A DNA stretch of 64,000 nucleotides, taken from NCBI RefSeq assembly GCF_009914755.1, contig NC_060926.1. One strand, written 5' to 3'. Shown in pieces: positions 62,477-64,000 of this stretch (positions are counted from its first letter, which is position 1; every line of letters starts with the position of its first letter). The notes below the pieces were generated by a model. That model was not told where the DNA came from and searched no databases. It saw only the letters and a program-made list of their open reading frames with translations. The translations under genes and the position numbers were made by a program. The stretch comes from the human T2T-CHM13v2.0 reference genome, Homo sapiens.

Positions 62477-64000
62477 CAGGCATACCTTGTTTTAGTATTT
62501 TTTGCTTTATTGCATTCCACAGATGTTGTGTTTTTACAAATTGAAGCATTTTGGCAACATTACATAAAGCAAGTCTGTTAGCACCATTTTTCCAGTAGCA
62601 AATGCTTACTTTGTGTCTCTGAATCACATTTTGGTAATTCTCAAAGCATGTCTAGTTGTGTTATTTTCATTATATTTGTTATGGTGATCTGTGATCTGTG
62701 ATCTTTGGTGTTACTGTTCTAATTGTTTTTGGGTGAGACAAACCACACCCATATAGGACCTTGAACTTAATCAACAAATGCTGTATGTGTTATGACTGCT
62801 CCACAGGCCAGCTATTCTCCACCTCTTTTTCTCTTCAGGCCTCCCTATTCCATAAAACACAACAATATTAAAATTAGGCCAATGAATAACCTTACAATGA
62901 CCTCTATGTGTTCAAATGAAACACACATCTCTCACTTTAAATCAAAAGTTAGAAATGGTTAAGCTTAGAAAGGAAACCATGCTGAAAGCTAAGCCTCTTG
63001 TGTCAAATAGCCAAGTTGTGAATGCAAACGAAAAGTTCTAGAAGCAAACTAAACTTTCTCCATATCAACCATATGTGTTTTCTTTCACTTTCTTATTATT
63101 TATGTGTTATTCCATTAAGCATATGAATAATAAGAAAGTGAAAGAAAACACATATGGCCTATATGGAGAAGGTTTGACTGGTCTGGTTAGAAGACCAAAC
63201 CAGTGACAACATTCTCTTAAGCAAAAGCATAATTCAGAGCAAGGCCTTAACTCTCTTTCATTCTATGGAGGCTAAGAGAAGTGATGAAGCTGCAGAAGAA
63301 AAGTTTGAAGATGGCAAAGGTTAGTTCATGAGGTTTAAGGAGAAAAGCCATCACCATAAGATAAAAATGCAAGATGAGGCAGTTAGTGCTAATCTAGAAG
63401 CTGGAGCACATTATCCAAAAGATCTAGCTAAGATAAATGGTGAAGGTGGTGGCACTAAATAACAGATTTTCAAGGTTGGTAAAACAACCTTCTATTGGAA
63501 GAAGATGCCATTTAAGACTTTCATAGCTTGAAAGCAGAAGTCAATGCCTGCCTTCAAAGCTTCAGAGGACAAATTGACTCTCTTGTCAATGGAAAATGCA
63601 GCTGGTGATTTTAAGTTAAAGCCAATGCTCATTTACCATGCCAAAAATCCTAGGGTCCATAAGAATTATGCTAAATCTACTCTGCCTGTGCTCTATAAAT
63701 GGAACAAAGCCTGGATGACTGTGCATCTCTTATAACCATGCTACTGGAAAAATAGCATGGTTTACAGACTATTGTAAGCCCACTGTTAAGACCTACTGCT
63801 CAGAAAAAAAGAGATTTCTTTCAAAATATTACTGCTTATTGACAATGCACCTGGTCACCTATGAGCTCTAATGGAGATGTACAAAGAGATTGAGGTTGTT
63901 TTCATTCCTGCTAACACAACATCCATTCTGCAGCTCATGGATCAAGAAACAGTTTTCAGTTTCATCTTATTATTTAAAAATATATTTGAAAGGCCATAGC
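62477..64000 (+). mobile_element. Tigger1 from left TIR, degenerate transposase, runs past window
   Basis: TA+caggcatacc; transposase remnant ...[15 protein letters not shown]...[15 protein letters not shown] (63544-63735), with stops and frameshifts. Confidence 0.95.
63051..63175 (+). repeat. Inverted repeat with 56-nt arms (long hairpin) inside Tigger1
   Basis: 63069-63100 is the exact reverse complement of 63126-63157; pairing extends over 63051-63106 and 63120-63175. Confidence 0.95.

Noticed and set aside
63544-63735. Tigger1 transposase ORF as a domesticated TIGD-like gene
   Set aside because: Only 63 aa are open, with stops and frameshifting inserts on both sides.

Overview
AT-rich primate DNA, most likely human because it holds two AluYa5 copies. 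I see no protein-coding exon, RNA gene or CpG island. The longer ORFs trace to Alu, L1, THE1, other LTRs or Tigger1, and the short ORFs in unique DNA resemble no family I recognise. Roughly half the window is interspersed repeat, often nested with readable target-site duplications (TSDs). The most unusual part is 60.1-63.8 kb, where an old L1/Tigger1 block shows several templated-inversion scars: a hairpin with 56-nt arms and a perfect 32-bp core inside Tigger1 (pre-miRNA-like), a 15-nt insert copied in reverse from 1.15 kb upstream, a chain of snap-back palindromes, and a ~700-bp block carrying a Tigger1 3' end, inverted and upstream of the 5' end. Also noted: an L1 3' transduction, a poly(A)-only insertion, a near-perfect PORE (Oct dimer) site with two CCAAT boxes, and candidate non-coding exons. 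Subfamily names come from my recall of consensus sequences, not from a search. Edges of old L2/MIR/L1M pieces are approximate. I cannot claim a new biological system; the hairpin/template-switch zone is the best lead.
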